The notes beneath the pieces were generated by a model. That model worked only from the letters and a program-made list of their open reading frames with translations, was not told where the DNA came from and ran no database searches. Below, piece after piece: positions 49,553-58,649 of a DNA stretch of 64,000 bases. Both the position numbers and the translations under genes were made by a program. Position 1 is the stretch's first letter. Every line of letters begins with the position of its first letter. This DNA is from an uncultured bacterium (GTDB lineage: Bacteria; Verrucomicrobiota; Verrucomicrobiia; Limisphaerales; UBA8199), in NCBI GenBank assembly GCA_963749495.1, contig CAVVMW010000008.1, forward strand, positions 256,001 to 320,000, read 5' to 3'.

Positions 49553-52500
49553 TGGAGCCTGCGCTCCTTTGACCGCCGATACCGGTCGAACAGCCAGCCC
49601 ACAAAATCTTCGGCAAACTCGGGGTTGTCGGTGACCTGCTTGTAGAACTTGAAATTGGAGTCGATCATCTCCTGGAGCCGGTCATTGACCACCTGGTTGA
49701 ACGTGAGCCGGACGTCCTCCGGTGGGTTCACCCGGATGCTGGCTTCCAGCGCAGGGTCGCCGGCGATGCGCTGCTCCAGTTGGCGGATAAACACCTTGTC
49801 CTCCTCGGTGAAGTCCGTACCAAATCGCTCGTTCAGTTCCTTGATGATTTGGGACAGCGGCTCCATCTCTTCCGGCGTGATGCCGCCGTCCTTTGGACCA
49901 ATCGGCTCCAACTCCTGGGTGCCCTTCGCCAGTTTGATTTTGCCGGTGCCCGTTTTCCTCAGCCGGAAGGCATCCAGGTCGATGTTCTGCTGCACCTCAA
50001 CGGGCAGCGGGTCACGGTTCACCGGCAGCAGCCGCCAGAGCAATTTGGCGAACACGTACAATTTCTCCAGGTCGGGGTCGGTGAACGCGATGATCTGGGA
50101 AAGAAAGGCGTACAGGCGCACGTAATCGATGACGCAACCACGGAAGTCGGATTGCGTGTCCACCGGCACGTCTTTGTAACGGTCAACGACCGGGGCCAGG
50201 GCTGCCGCGAGCTTGTCCTGGGTGCCTTTGGGGTCGAAGTAGATGGCGGCGAACTTCTCGACCTCAGCCTCCGTAAACAGGTGAAAGCCGTCGAGCTTGC
50301 TCTGGAGGTCGTAAAGCAGGTTCGGGTCCGTGGCCTCCTTCAACAGGGTGCGCTCGTAGTACGGCTGAAACGCCTTCTGGATTTCGTCCGGCTCGTTGGC
50401 AAAATCGAGCACCAGCGCCTGCTCCTTTTCCGGGTGAATCCGGTTGAGCCGGGAGAGCGTCTGCACGGCGTTAACGCCGCCGAGTTTCTTGTCCACGTAC
50501 ATGGTGTGGAGCAGCGGCTGATCGAAGCCGGTCTGGAATTTGTTCGCCACGACCAGCAGCCGAAACTCGTTCTGCTTGAACGTCTCCGCCGTGGCCGTCT
50601 CGGGAATCGATTGACCGGTGGAGGCCGTGTTCATGCCGCTCTCGGTGAAATCCACGCCGCCGTCCTTCACCGTGCCGGAGAAGGCGACCAGCGCCTTGAA
50701 GGCATAGCCCTTTTGCTTGAGGTAATCGTCCACCGCCAGCTTGAACCGGACGGCGTGAAGGCGTGACCTCGTGACAATCATGGCCTTGGCCTGGCCGGCA
50801 ATCCGCTGCATCACGTTGTTGCGGAAGTGCTCGACCATGATGGCGACTTTCTTGTCGATCGTGTGCTTGCTCAGCCCGACGAATGACTTCAGCAGGTACG
50901 TCGCCTTCTCCCGGTCGTAGCGCGGGTCGTCCTTGATCTTCTTCAGCAGCGCCCAATAGCTCTGGTACGTGGTGTAGTTCTCCAGGACATCCAGGATGAA
51001 CCTCTCCTCGATGGCCTGGCGCATCGAATACAGGCTGAACGGCTCGTACTTCCCGTCCGGGCGCTCCCGCCCGAAGAGCTCCAGCGTCTTGGCCTTCGGC
51101 GTGGCCGTGAAGGCGAAATAACTCACATTCGGCAGCCGCCCCCGCCGCTTCATCTCGGCCACGATCCGGTCTTCGAGGTCTTCCTCCTTGCCGCTGTCCT
51201 GTTTTTCCGCCTCGTCCAGGGACTTGGCGGCGAGTACGTCCTTGAGGCTCTTGGTGCTCTCGCCCGACTGGCTGGAATGGGCCTCGTCAATGATGACGGC
51301 GAAGCGCTTGCCCTTGAGCGCCCCCATCTCGTCGGCGATGACCGGGAACTTCTGGAGCGTGGTGACGATGATGGTCTTGCCGTCCTCCAGCGCCTGCTTT
51401 AACTGCCGGGAAGTCGTGTCGATGTTCTCCACCACGCCCAGGGTCTGCTCGAACTGCCGCACGGTGCGTTGGAGCTGCCGGTCCAGCACACGCCGGTCAG
51501 TGATCACAATGATCGAGTCGAACACCCGCTCATCCTTGATGTCGTGGAGCACGGACAACTGGTGCGCCAGCCAGGCGATGGTGTTGCTCTTGCCGCTGCC
51601 GGCGCTGTGCTGGACCAGGTAGGAATGCCCCACGCCAGCCGCCAGGGCCCCGCGACCAGGCGCCGAACGCAATCCAGTTGATGGTAGCGCGGGAACAGCA
51701 ATTGCAGCTCGCCGGTCCGGTTCCCTTTGTCATCTTCCAATTCAACGACGTGGATGAAGTGCTGGAGCAGGTTGAGCACGCTGTCCCGCGCCCAGACCTG
51801 CTCCCACAAGTACGCCGTGGAAAAGCCCTTCCAGGACGGGGGATTGCCGGCCCCCAGGTTATACCCCTGGTTAAAGGGCAGGAAAACCGTCCTGGGGCCG
51901 CGCAGGACGGTGGTGACATAGACCAGGGCAGGATCGACGGCAAAGTGCGCCAGACAGCGCCCAAACGCGAACAGCGGCTCTTTGGGGTCACGGTCCAGCC
52001 GGTACTGCCTTATGGCGTCCTGGACGTTCTGGCCCTTGAATGGGTTCTTCATCTCCGCCGTGAACAGCGGCAGGCCGTTCAGAAATATCACCAGGTCGAG
52101 GCTCTTTTCGTTCTTCTCGCTGTATTTCAACTGCCGGACACCGGTGAACTGGTTGGCCAGGTAAAGGTTCTGAGCCGAGTCATTGAGGCCGGACGACGGC
52201 TTGAAAAACACCAGCCGGAATTTGCAGCCGTTGGCCTTGATGCCCTTGCGCAGTACATGAAGCGTGCCGTGTTTTTGCACCTCCGAGCCCAGCCGCTTGA
52301 GCAGCGCCGGCTTGGCCTCGGCCCCGTGCTGCGCCTGCATCTTCTGCCACTCCCTGGGCTGCGTGGCGTAGATGAAGCCCAGGACTTCCTCCGGTATCAG
52401 GCAGAGCGCCGTGTCGTAATCAGCCGGTTCGCGGCGGCGGTAGCCGCCCGACAGGTACACGCCAGTCGCACCGTCCGCCAGCGCCGGCATATTCTGCGGG

Positions 52501-52580
52501 CCGCTCCTCAACGGATCATGCAACAGGCTCGCCTCGATGCTCGCCTCGAAATTCTTCTCCGATGTGTCCACGGGTGGCAT
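49549..52580 (-). CDS. hsdR: Type I restriction enzyme R subunit; 1-bp deletion at 51648-51651
   Basis: DLVIFLNGLPLFTAEMKN nuclease motif, PRYHQLD, QHSAGSGKS, IIDEAHSSQ, FTATP, KFQTGFDQP, QTLSRLNR. Confidence 0.93.
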
Positions 52581-52601
52581 AGGCTTTTCTGAACAGGCGT
52601 T

Positions 52602-53933
52602 CTACACCATTTCACCCCTGACATCAATCTTGCCGGTGACGGCAGCGGAGACGAGCGCCGTGCGGTACTCCCGCAACCGCTCGATGCCGGTGCGGATTTT
52701 GGACATCAGGGCGTCCAGTTTGGCAGTTTCGCGGTCGAGGAAGTTGGCAATGGCGCGTTGCTCATTCAGCGGCGGTACGGCAACAATCGTGGCCTGCAAT
52801 TCTTCGGCATTCAAGTGCGGCTGCGCCGCACGGAGACAGCAAAAGCCGAACTGCAACTGGCGGACTTCTGGACTCAACAATTGCCATGCAAAGTATAGGC
52901 TGAACCCTTCCTTCACGGTGACTACCATGTCATAGCCGGAGATAGCTTCGTGGTATTGAGGCGGAATGATGGCAGAATCACCGGTATACGCCCCGCTCCG
53001 TACGACGATGATTTCACCGGCAGATAGTATTGCATCACGGCTCTCAGGAACCTGTGCGGGGTCAACTCGGAGCATGTCGGCTTCGAGGATTTTGCCGCTT
53101 TTGATGTTCGTCGCTCGAATCAGCGGTGGGCCGTCCAGCAGTTCTGGCGGCGGCTGGCCCAAGCCGTAGCGGATTTTAGCGTACCTCTTGAGAAGGCCAA
53201 CCTGCCAGTGGGCTGGAATCTGGCCGAGCCACGCTACACGGGAATCCTTGATGGGCGCGGCGGGGTTGAGGCCCTTGGTGACGGCGTGGCTGATCAGCGC
53301 CGCCCGCTTCTCTTGCAACAACGCAATCAGCCGCTCCTTCCTGGCGACCATCGCGTCAATCCTCGCCGTCTCCCGGTCGAGGAACCGTACGATAACGCTT
53401 TGCTCGTCGAGAGGCGGTATCGGCAGCAGCAAATTGGCGTACTTTTCCGCGCTGACGTTTTGAATTGTAGCCTGAATGAAAACGCTCGATAGCCATCCCC
53501 AGTAGGTTGCGGACCTAGCGAAATACGCGAGAAACTCAGGCCGTGCGAAGGCCGGATTGACTCTGCATCGGATTAGGTATCCCGCGTGACACGCTCTGCC
53601 CCAAGATTCCCGATACATGAAGGTCTTTCCCACGGTTGCTCCACTTCGAGCAAGAAGCAGGTCGCCTTGTTTGAGCAGAAACGGTCGCGCCACTTCCTCG
53701 GGCAAGGACTTGAACGTGTTGTCGTGCAATGTGCCGTCGTCCTTGATGTCGGTTATTCGGATGAAGCGGGGCAGGTTCGGGTCGTTGGTCTCAGCAGATT
53801 CGTTCGCTCCATACTTCAGTGGTTCCACGGCAACGAATTTGAGGCGCTTAGTTTGCCACTGCGCGGGGATTTCTCTCAGCCACTCCGTCCCGGAATCCTC
53901 GTATCTGGGATATGGTTGAAGGCGCCCGATCAT
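52602..53933 (-). CDS. hsdS: Type I RM specificity subunit S
   Basis: YEDSGTEWL.EIP..W, two TRDs, PPLDEQ..I..FLDRET..ID, LIS.AVTKG, SAAVTGKIDVR. Confidence 0.95.
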   Translation of the reverse strand: MIGRLQPYPRYEDSGTEWLREIPAQWQTKRLKFVAVEPLKYGANESAETNDPNLPRFIRITDIKDDGTLHDNTFKSLPEEVARPFLLKQGDLLLARSGATVGKTFMYRESWGRACHAGYLIRCRVNPAFARPEFLAYFARSATYWGWLSSVFIQATIQNVSAEKYANLLLPIPPLDEQSVIVRFLDRETARIDAMVARKERLIALLQEKRAALISHAVTKGLNPAAPIKDSRVAWLGQIPAHWQVGLLKRYAKIRYGLGQPPPELLDGPPLIRATNIKSGKILEADMLRVDPAQVPESRDAILSAGEIIVVRSGAYTGDSAIIPPQYHEAISGYDMVVTVKEGFSLYFAWQLLSPEVRQLQFGFCCLRAAQPHLNAEELQATIVAVPPLNEQRAIANFLDRETAKLDALMSKIRTGIERLREYRTALVSAAVTGKIDVRGEMV

Positions 53934-54730
53934 ATCACCAGTCCTGGCTGGAACTGTCTCGGAGGCCAGAAGACCCCCACCACGACCCAAGTGTTGTATG
54001 GGAAGACCGTGCCCATGAAAAAGCGGGTGTCTCGGTCGCGACGGCAAAGCTCGTCCAGGAACTTGTGCCGGACGCTCTCCGCCGCCTTTTTCTCGTCCCC
54101 TAACCGAGCCAACTCCTTCAGGTAGAGCACGCCCAATTCCCAGTCCTCGATCATGGCATTGTGCGGGGTCTGGTTGTCCTCGCACTCGAAGACGTAGCTG
54201 AATTTGAATGGGATTTTGGCCAGCGGTTTGGGCGGCGGGCCAAACAGCAGGAGTTGATTGTAGAGTTGCTGCCACTCCGGCTTCCACTCACGGTCGGCAT
54301 CCTCGATGGTGAGGTCGAGAACCCGTCTTGGGCGGACGATGCCGATGGAGGTCTTGTCCTGCGCGTGAAGCGCCTGAAGCTGGAGAACGGTTTGAACGGG
54401 CAACCGGTCAATGATCTCCCGACGGCTGCGCCAGGCGTCGCCGGTTTCCAGAGGCGCTCCGAGCAACCGGATGGAATCGAGGTCAGGCTTCCGGCTCTCC
54501 TTCCGGTTGTCGTTGCCGCTGCCTCGCGCCGCCAGTTCGACCTCAATCCACTGGTATTTTCTGAATTTCTGATTGTGGGGCCGGTAGCGATAATCCACCG
54601 GGTACAGGCGCACCCATTCGCCAGCCTCGGTCACGCCCGCCGTGCAAACCAGTTCTTGATGCCCACGGGATGGAAGCGGGTAGGTCATCACCGTGATCAG
54701 GACTTTGGTTTTCTGGCAGCCCTCCTTCAA
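53930..54730 (-). CDS. Conserved hypothetical protein (DUF488 partner, possible OB-fold)
   Basis: TTG start after GGAGG; TYPLPS...E.VCTAG.T..GEWVRLYP, D.R.ES, DWELG, FFMGT; ATGA overlap with hsdS. Confidence 0.75.
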   Translation of the reverse strand: MKEGCQKTKVLITVMTYPLPSRGHQELVCTAGVTEAGEWVRLYPVDYRYRPHNQKFRKYQWIEVELAARGSGNDNRKESRKPDLDSIRLLGAPLETGDAWRSRREIIDRLPVQTVLQLQALHAQDKTSIGIVRPRRVLDLTIEDADREWKPEWQQLYNQLLLFGPPPKPLAKIPFKFSYVFECEDNQTPHNAMIEDWELGVLYLKELARLGDEKKAAESVRHKFLDELCRRDRDTRFFMGTVFPYNTWVVVGVFWPPRQFQPGLVI

Positions 54731-54739
54731 TCGTCCTCC

Positions 54740-55615
54740 TCATTTGGCAACCCGCAGGTCGCGAATTTCCAGCTCGGTGATTCTGGCGATCTGCTGGGCT
54801 AGGTGTGACCGGTGACAGCGGAGCGGCTGTTCCTCCTGGCAGACCAGCACGGACGGCACGCCGCTGACCCAACCGGCGATGCGCGTGATCGCCTCGGCTT
54901 GCTTCGGCAGCACCTCCTTGATGTAGCGGGCGAAAAGTCGGTCGTAATCGCCCTGCGTCGTGAGATCGCATCGCCAGTCGGATGGGATGCCGACCTCCGG
55001 CTCGTGACGGTATTCGATGTCGAGCCGTTCGCACAGTGAGGTCAGTGTGCTCTTGTGAAAGCCGTAGCGGCGGGAGACTGGATTGTGGCGCACGTCCACC
55101 AGGCGGCGGATGCCGGACTGGAGGAGGAGATTCAAGAACCCGTCCACTTGCATCCCTTCGTAGCCCGCCGTGTAAACGGCGCAGGCGGCAACAGGGCGCT
55201 TTACTTTGCGCCGTTCTGCCTGCTCGGCGTTCAGCGTGAACCACGGGAACCGGCGATACACAGTGTCGAGCAAGGCGGTCGTGGAAAGCTGGCCGTAGTT
55301 TTGCAAGCAGCGTTCGATGTCCCGCTCGATTGCCGGTTCACCGACACGCGGCGTGGGGAAGCTCGGTTTGCTGGCCTTCAGATCGGTGTCGCCGACCGCC
55401 GTCAATTCGCCCTGACGGATGAGAGCATCAAGTTCCTGGTATAGCGTGAACGAGAACGGCCCGAACTTGTAGGGCACGAATTGGTAGTGGGCTGTGGATA
55501 TTTGCGATCGGGCATCCTGGGCGAGAAGAAACAGCCACTTTACCAACTGGAGACGGGAGGCTTTGCCGCCCGCTAGTTGGATCAAGTTGATCAGGATTTT
55601 CTGGCGCAGCATCAT
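54740..55615 (-). CDS. Panacea/SocA-like wHTH domain fused to DUF488
   Basis: LQLVKWLFL...YQFVPYKFGPFS..LY N-terminus; YTAGYEG, LVDVR..P.SR..GF, Y.H..EVG, C.E.....CHR. Confidence 0.85.
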   Translation of the reverse strand: MMLRQKILINLIQLAGGKASRLQLVKWLFLLAQDARSQISTAHYQFVPYKFGPFSFTLYQELDALIRQGELTAVGDTDLKASKPSFPTPRVGEPAIERDIERCLQNYGQLSTTALLDTVYRRFPWFTLNAEQAERRKVKRPVAACAVYTAGYEGMQVDGFLNLLLQSGIRRLVDVRHNPVSRRYGFHKSTLTSLCERLDIEYRHEPEVGIPSDWRCDLTTQGDYDRLFARYIKEVLPKQAEAITRIAGWVSGVPSVLVCQEEQPLRCHRSHLAQQIARITELEIRDLRVAK

Positions 55616-57651
55616 TCCGTGATTTCTTTCAGCATCGCGGCAATTTCGGCCTCCAGCGCCTTAATGTCACCCTCGATCTCAGCGAGAGGCCGGGGCGCCT
55701 GATACTTGTAGAAGTACCGGTTGAAGTTGATTTCGTAGCCCACCTTGCCGACCTCGCCGTCCTGATGGTCCCGGGTGCCGGTGTTGGTCCAGGCGTCGGG
55801 GACGTGCGGCTTGACTTCCCGCTCAAAGTAGGCGTGGATGTCTTCCAGGAGCGGCACGTTCTCCGTGTCGCGGAGTTCCGGGTCTGGCTCCTGGTTTCCA
55901 TCGGCATCCCGGCAGATTTTCGCCGTCTCGTCGCGCTCGGACAGGGCGCTGAAAATGGCTTTGCGTCCCGGCGCGCCGAGATTGAGGCCCGCGTGGTTAA
56001 GGGCGGACTCCAGGTCAGCCAGGAACGCTACGCGGTCTTTGTAGAGCGTAGCGGGCATCCTCTTCAGCGCGGCCAGGATGGCGGCCTGCTGCTTGCGCCC
56101 CTCGGCCTCCTCAGCCGCCCTGGCCTTGGCGTCCTTCTTTTTGCTGATGGAGAGGCCCTGGAAGGCGGTTTCGTGCTCCAGCCGCGCCAGGCGCTCTGTG
56201 CTGACATGGAAATTCAGCCGCAACGGGCGCTCGACGGTTATCTTCCGGTAGCCGAAATCGGTCGTGGAGAAAATCTTCGAGTGCTCGCCCGCCGTAAACG
56301 CGGTGTAGATGCCCGCAATCTGGGCGATCTGGTCGGGGGAAATCTCGTGCCGCTTATCGCCCAGGCTCTTGCGCATCGGCACCCAGCAACTGGAGGCGTC
56401 AATCAACTGGACCTTGCCCTTCCGGCGCTTCTCCTTGCGGTTGCTGAGCACCCAGACGTACGTGCTGATGCCCGTGTTGTAGAACAACTGGTCCGGCAGG
56501 GCGATGAGGGCCTCCAGCCAGTCGTTCTCCAATATCCAGCGCCGGATTTCGCTCTCCCCGCTGGCGGCGTCGCCCGTAAACAGGGGTGACCCGTTCATGA
56601 CGATGGCGACCCGCCCGCCGCCGTCCTGCGGATCTTTCATCCGGGAAAGCATGTGCTGGAGGAACAGGAGTTGGCCGTCGCTGATGCGTGGCAGGCCCGC
56701 GCCAAAGCGCCCGGCGTGACCACGGGCAGCCTCGGCCTCGACAGCGGCCTGGTCCATTTTCCACTCCTTGCCATAGGGCGGATTGGCGCACTGGTAATCG
56801 AAGCGGCGGTCGCCCAGTTGCCAGTTGGACAAGGTGCTGCCGTACTTGATGTTGTCCGCATCCCGCCCGTCCAGCGATTTCACGTACAGGTCTGCCTTGC
56901 AGAGGGCAAAAGTCTCCGGCTGCGACTCGTGGCCGAACAGGTGAACGTCGGCGTTGGGGTTGATCTCCTGGATTTGCTCCTTGGCGCTGGTGAGCATTCC
57001 GCCCGAGCCGGAGCACGGGTCGCAGACCGTGCGGATGATGTGCTTCTGCTTGAGGACCTCCTTGTCCACGACCAGGAGCAGCCGCCCCATCAGCCGGACG
57101 ACCTCGCGTGGGGTGAAGTGCTCGCCGGGGTTTTCATCCAGGGCCTCGTTGAACCGGCGCACCAACTCCTCGAAGATGTAGCCCATCTCGTGGTTGGACA
57201 CCTTGTCCGGGTGGAGGTCAACGGCGCTGCCGGCGAACCGCTCCATGACCAGGAACAGCAGGCCGTACTCGTCGAGCTTGGCGATGGTGTTGGGGAAGTC
57301 GAACTTGTCGAGGACTTCGCGCATGTTCTCCGAGAAGGCGTTGATGTAGGCGCGCAGGTTTGTCGCCAGGTTCGGGGCGTCGTCCAGCAGCTTCTCGAAG
57401 TCGTACTTGCTGGTGTTGTAAAAGGCGAAGCCGGACGCCTTGCGCAGTTGCGGGTCCAGGTTCTCCAGCCTCCCCTTCAACTTGCCGTGCGTCAAGAGGA
57501 CCCTTTCCTTGGTCGGGGCCAGGACGCAGTCGATGCGCCGGAGGACGGTAAAGGGCAGGATCACGTCCTGGTACTTGCCGCGCTTGAACCGGTCCCGGAG
57601 CAATTCTGCGATGGACCAGATGAAATTAACCTTTTCGCCGAAGTTGTTCAT
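55612..57651 (-). CDS. hsdM: Type I RM methyltransferase subunit M
   Basis: FIWSIAELLR, ILPFTVLRR.D, GEHFTPREV, DPCSGSGGM, NPPY, FYNTGI.TY. Confidence 0.96.
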   Translation of the reverse strand: MNNFGEKVNFIWSIAELLRDRFKRGKYQDVILPFTVLRRIDCVLAPTKERVLLTHGKLKGRLENLDPQLRKASGFAFYNTSKYDFEKLLDDAPNLATNLRAYINAFSENMREVLDKFDFPNTIAKLDEYGLLFLVMERFAGSAVDLHPDKVSNHEMGYIFEELVRRFNEALDENPGEHFTPREVVRLMGRLLLVVDKEVLKQKHIIRTVCDPCSGSGGMLTSAKEQIQEINPNADVHLFGHESQPETFALCKADLYVKSLDGRDADNIKYGSTLSNWQLGDRRFDYQCANPPYGKEWKMDQAAVEAEAARGHAGRFGAGLPRISDGQLLFLQHMLSRMKDPQDGGGRVAIVMNGSPLFTGDAASGESEIRRWILENDWLEALIALPDQLFYNTGISTYVWVLSNRKEKRRKGKVQLIDASSCWVPMRKSLGDKRHEISPDQIAQIAGIYTAFTAGEHSKIFSTTDFGYRKITVERPLRLNFHVSTERLARLEHETAFQGLSISKKKDAKARAAEEAEGRKQQAAILAALKRMPATLYKDRVAFLADLESALNHAGLNLGAPGRKAIFSALSERDETAKICRDADGNQEPDPELRDTENVPLLEDIHAYFEREVKPHVPDAWTNTGTRDHQDGEVGKVGYEINFNRYFYKYQAPRPLAEIEGDIKALEAEIAAMLKEITE

Positions 57652-57843
57652 GGCCGTGGCCCAAATCCCCTGCCGAGCGGTATTTTGGCAACCAGCATGG
57701 GGACTTGCATACCGCATTTGCCGTGGATCGGCAACGGATTTCCCGGTGGGTGCTGATTTGACAGCAGTGGCCATTTGCCGGCGCAACTCGGCATCTCTCC
57801 GAAAAAGGGGTCACATACCAGGGTTCGCGGAGCCGGGACGGGG

Positions 57844-58045
57844 TCAGAACAAAGTCTTTCCAGGGTTTTCCGCCGCTGCGGCCGGCGCAGGGTTCACCCT
57901 GGCCACTTCGGCCGGACACCGGTCTCTTCCCCCCCTCGGCTTCAGCGCCTCCAGCTCCGGTGCCGGGATGCACCGCCGAAACACCTCCGCGAAATCGTCC
58001 TTCACGCACCCCCGGCCCACCTCCTCCTCTATCCGAAGCTCGATT
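57844..58045 (-). pseudogene. C-terminal remnant of a DUF3631-like (phage/satellite primase-associated) gene
   Basis: Reverse strand reads LRIEEEVGRGCVKDDFAEVFRRCIP..ELEAL, similar to the R....KGY...F...F.RY motif of DUF3631. Confidence 0.45.
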
Positions 58046-58254
58046 TTACCGAGCTGGTATCGGCTTCCACTCTGTCAAACAAAAACCATGCCGGCAAGAA
58101 TCCCCCCATTTTACCGGCGCTGTAGTGCCTCGTTGCGGGTCGTGTTGCGGGGGCGACCTCAAGAATCCCCCGGTTCCATGCGCCTTGTAGCGCTGTAGCG
58201 GGTCTATACCCCCTGCCCCGTGGACCACCCGGTCAGAAGAACGGCTCCCCCTTA

Positions 58255-58414
58255 GGCGGTGGAAATAAATAAAGGCAGCAACCTGCCTTGTTCTTTTGGC
58301 GCCCAGCTTCGTTGTTCACTCGTTGCAGATCGCTGCGGATATGCGCCTCGTTCACGCCTCGCTGGGCGCCAAAATCCCGGCGGCATCTTGCCACCTTTAT
58401 TTATTTCCACCGCC
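58255..58414. mobile_element. 160-bp MITE with perfect 21-bp terminal inverted repeats
   Basis: TTA|GGCGGTGGAAATAAATAAAGG ... CCTTTATTTATTTCCACCGCC|TTA. Confidence 0.85.
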
Positions 58415-58499
58415 TTACCGCAAGGGATCGGAGCCAAGCGCATCGAGCAGTTGGACGCTGGAAACCGTGCGCATTGTTTGGTGATCAGCGAAGGTCCAG

Positions 58500-58646
58500 A
58501 CAATGTTTCCTTGGCGATGCGGCCCGAGGGCTCGACTTCCAGCAACCGCCCGCGGTTGCACTCGCCGATGAACGTATTGCCGTTGGTGAGGCGCTGGCAG
58601 GCATAGATTTCGCTCTCGGACTGGTAATCGAATCCTTGCGCATCAT
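58500..58646 (-). pseudogene. Beta-propeller gene remnant downstream of the HzsA-like gene
   Basis: EIYACQRLTNGNTFIGECNRGRLLEVEPSG.I blade-like repeat; no intact frame from ATGATG at 58641-46. Confidence 0.5.
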
Positions 58647-58649
58647 CTT

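Noticed and set aside
53934..54287. Extended 561-aa HsdS
   Set aside because: The extension overlaps the upstream hypothetical gene out of frame; HsdS homology begins at ATG 53933.
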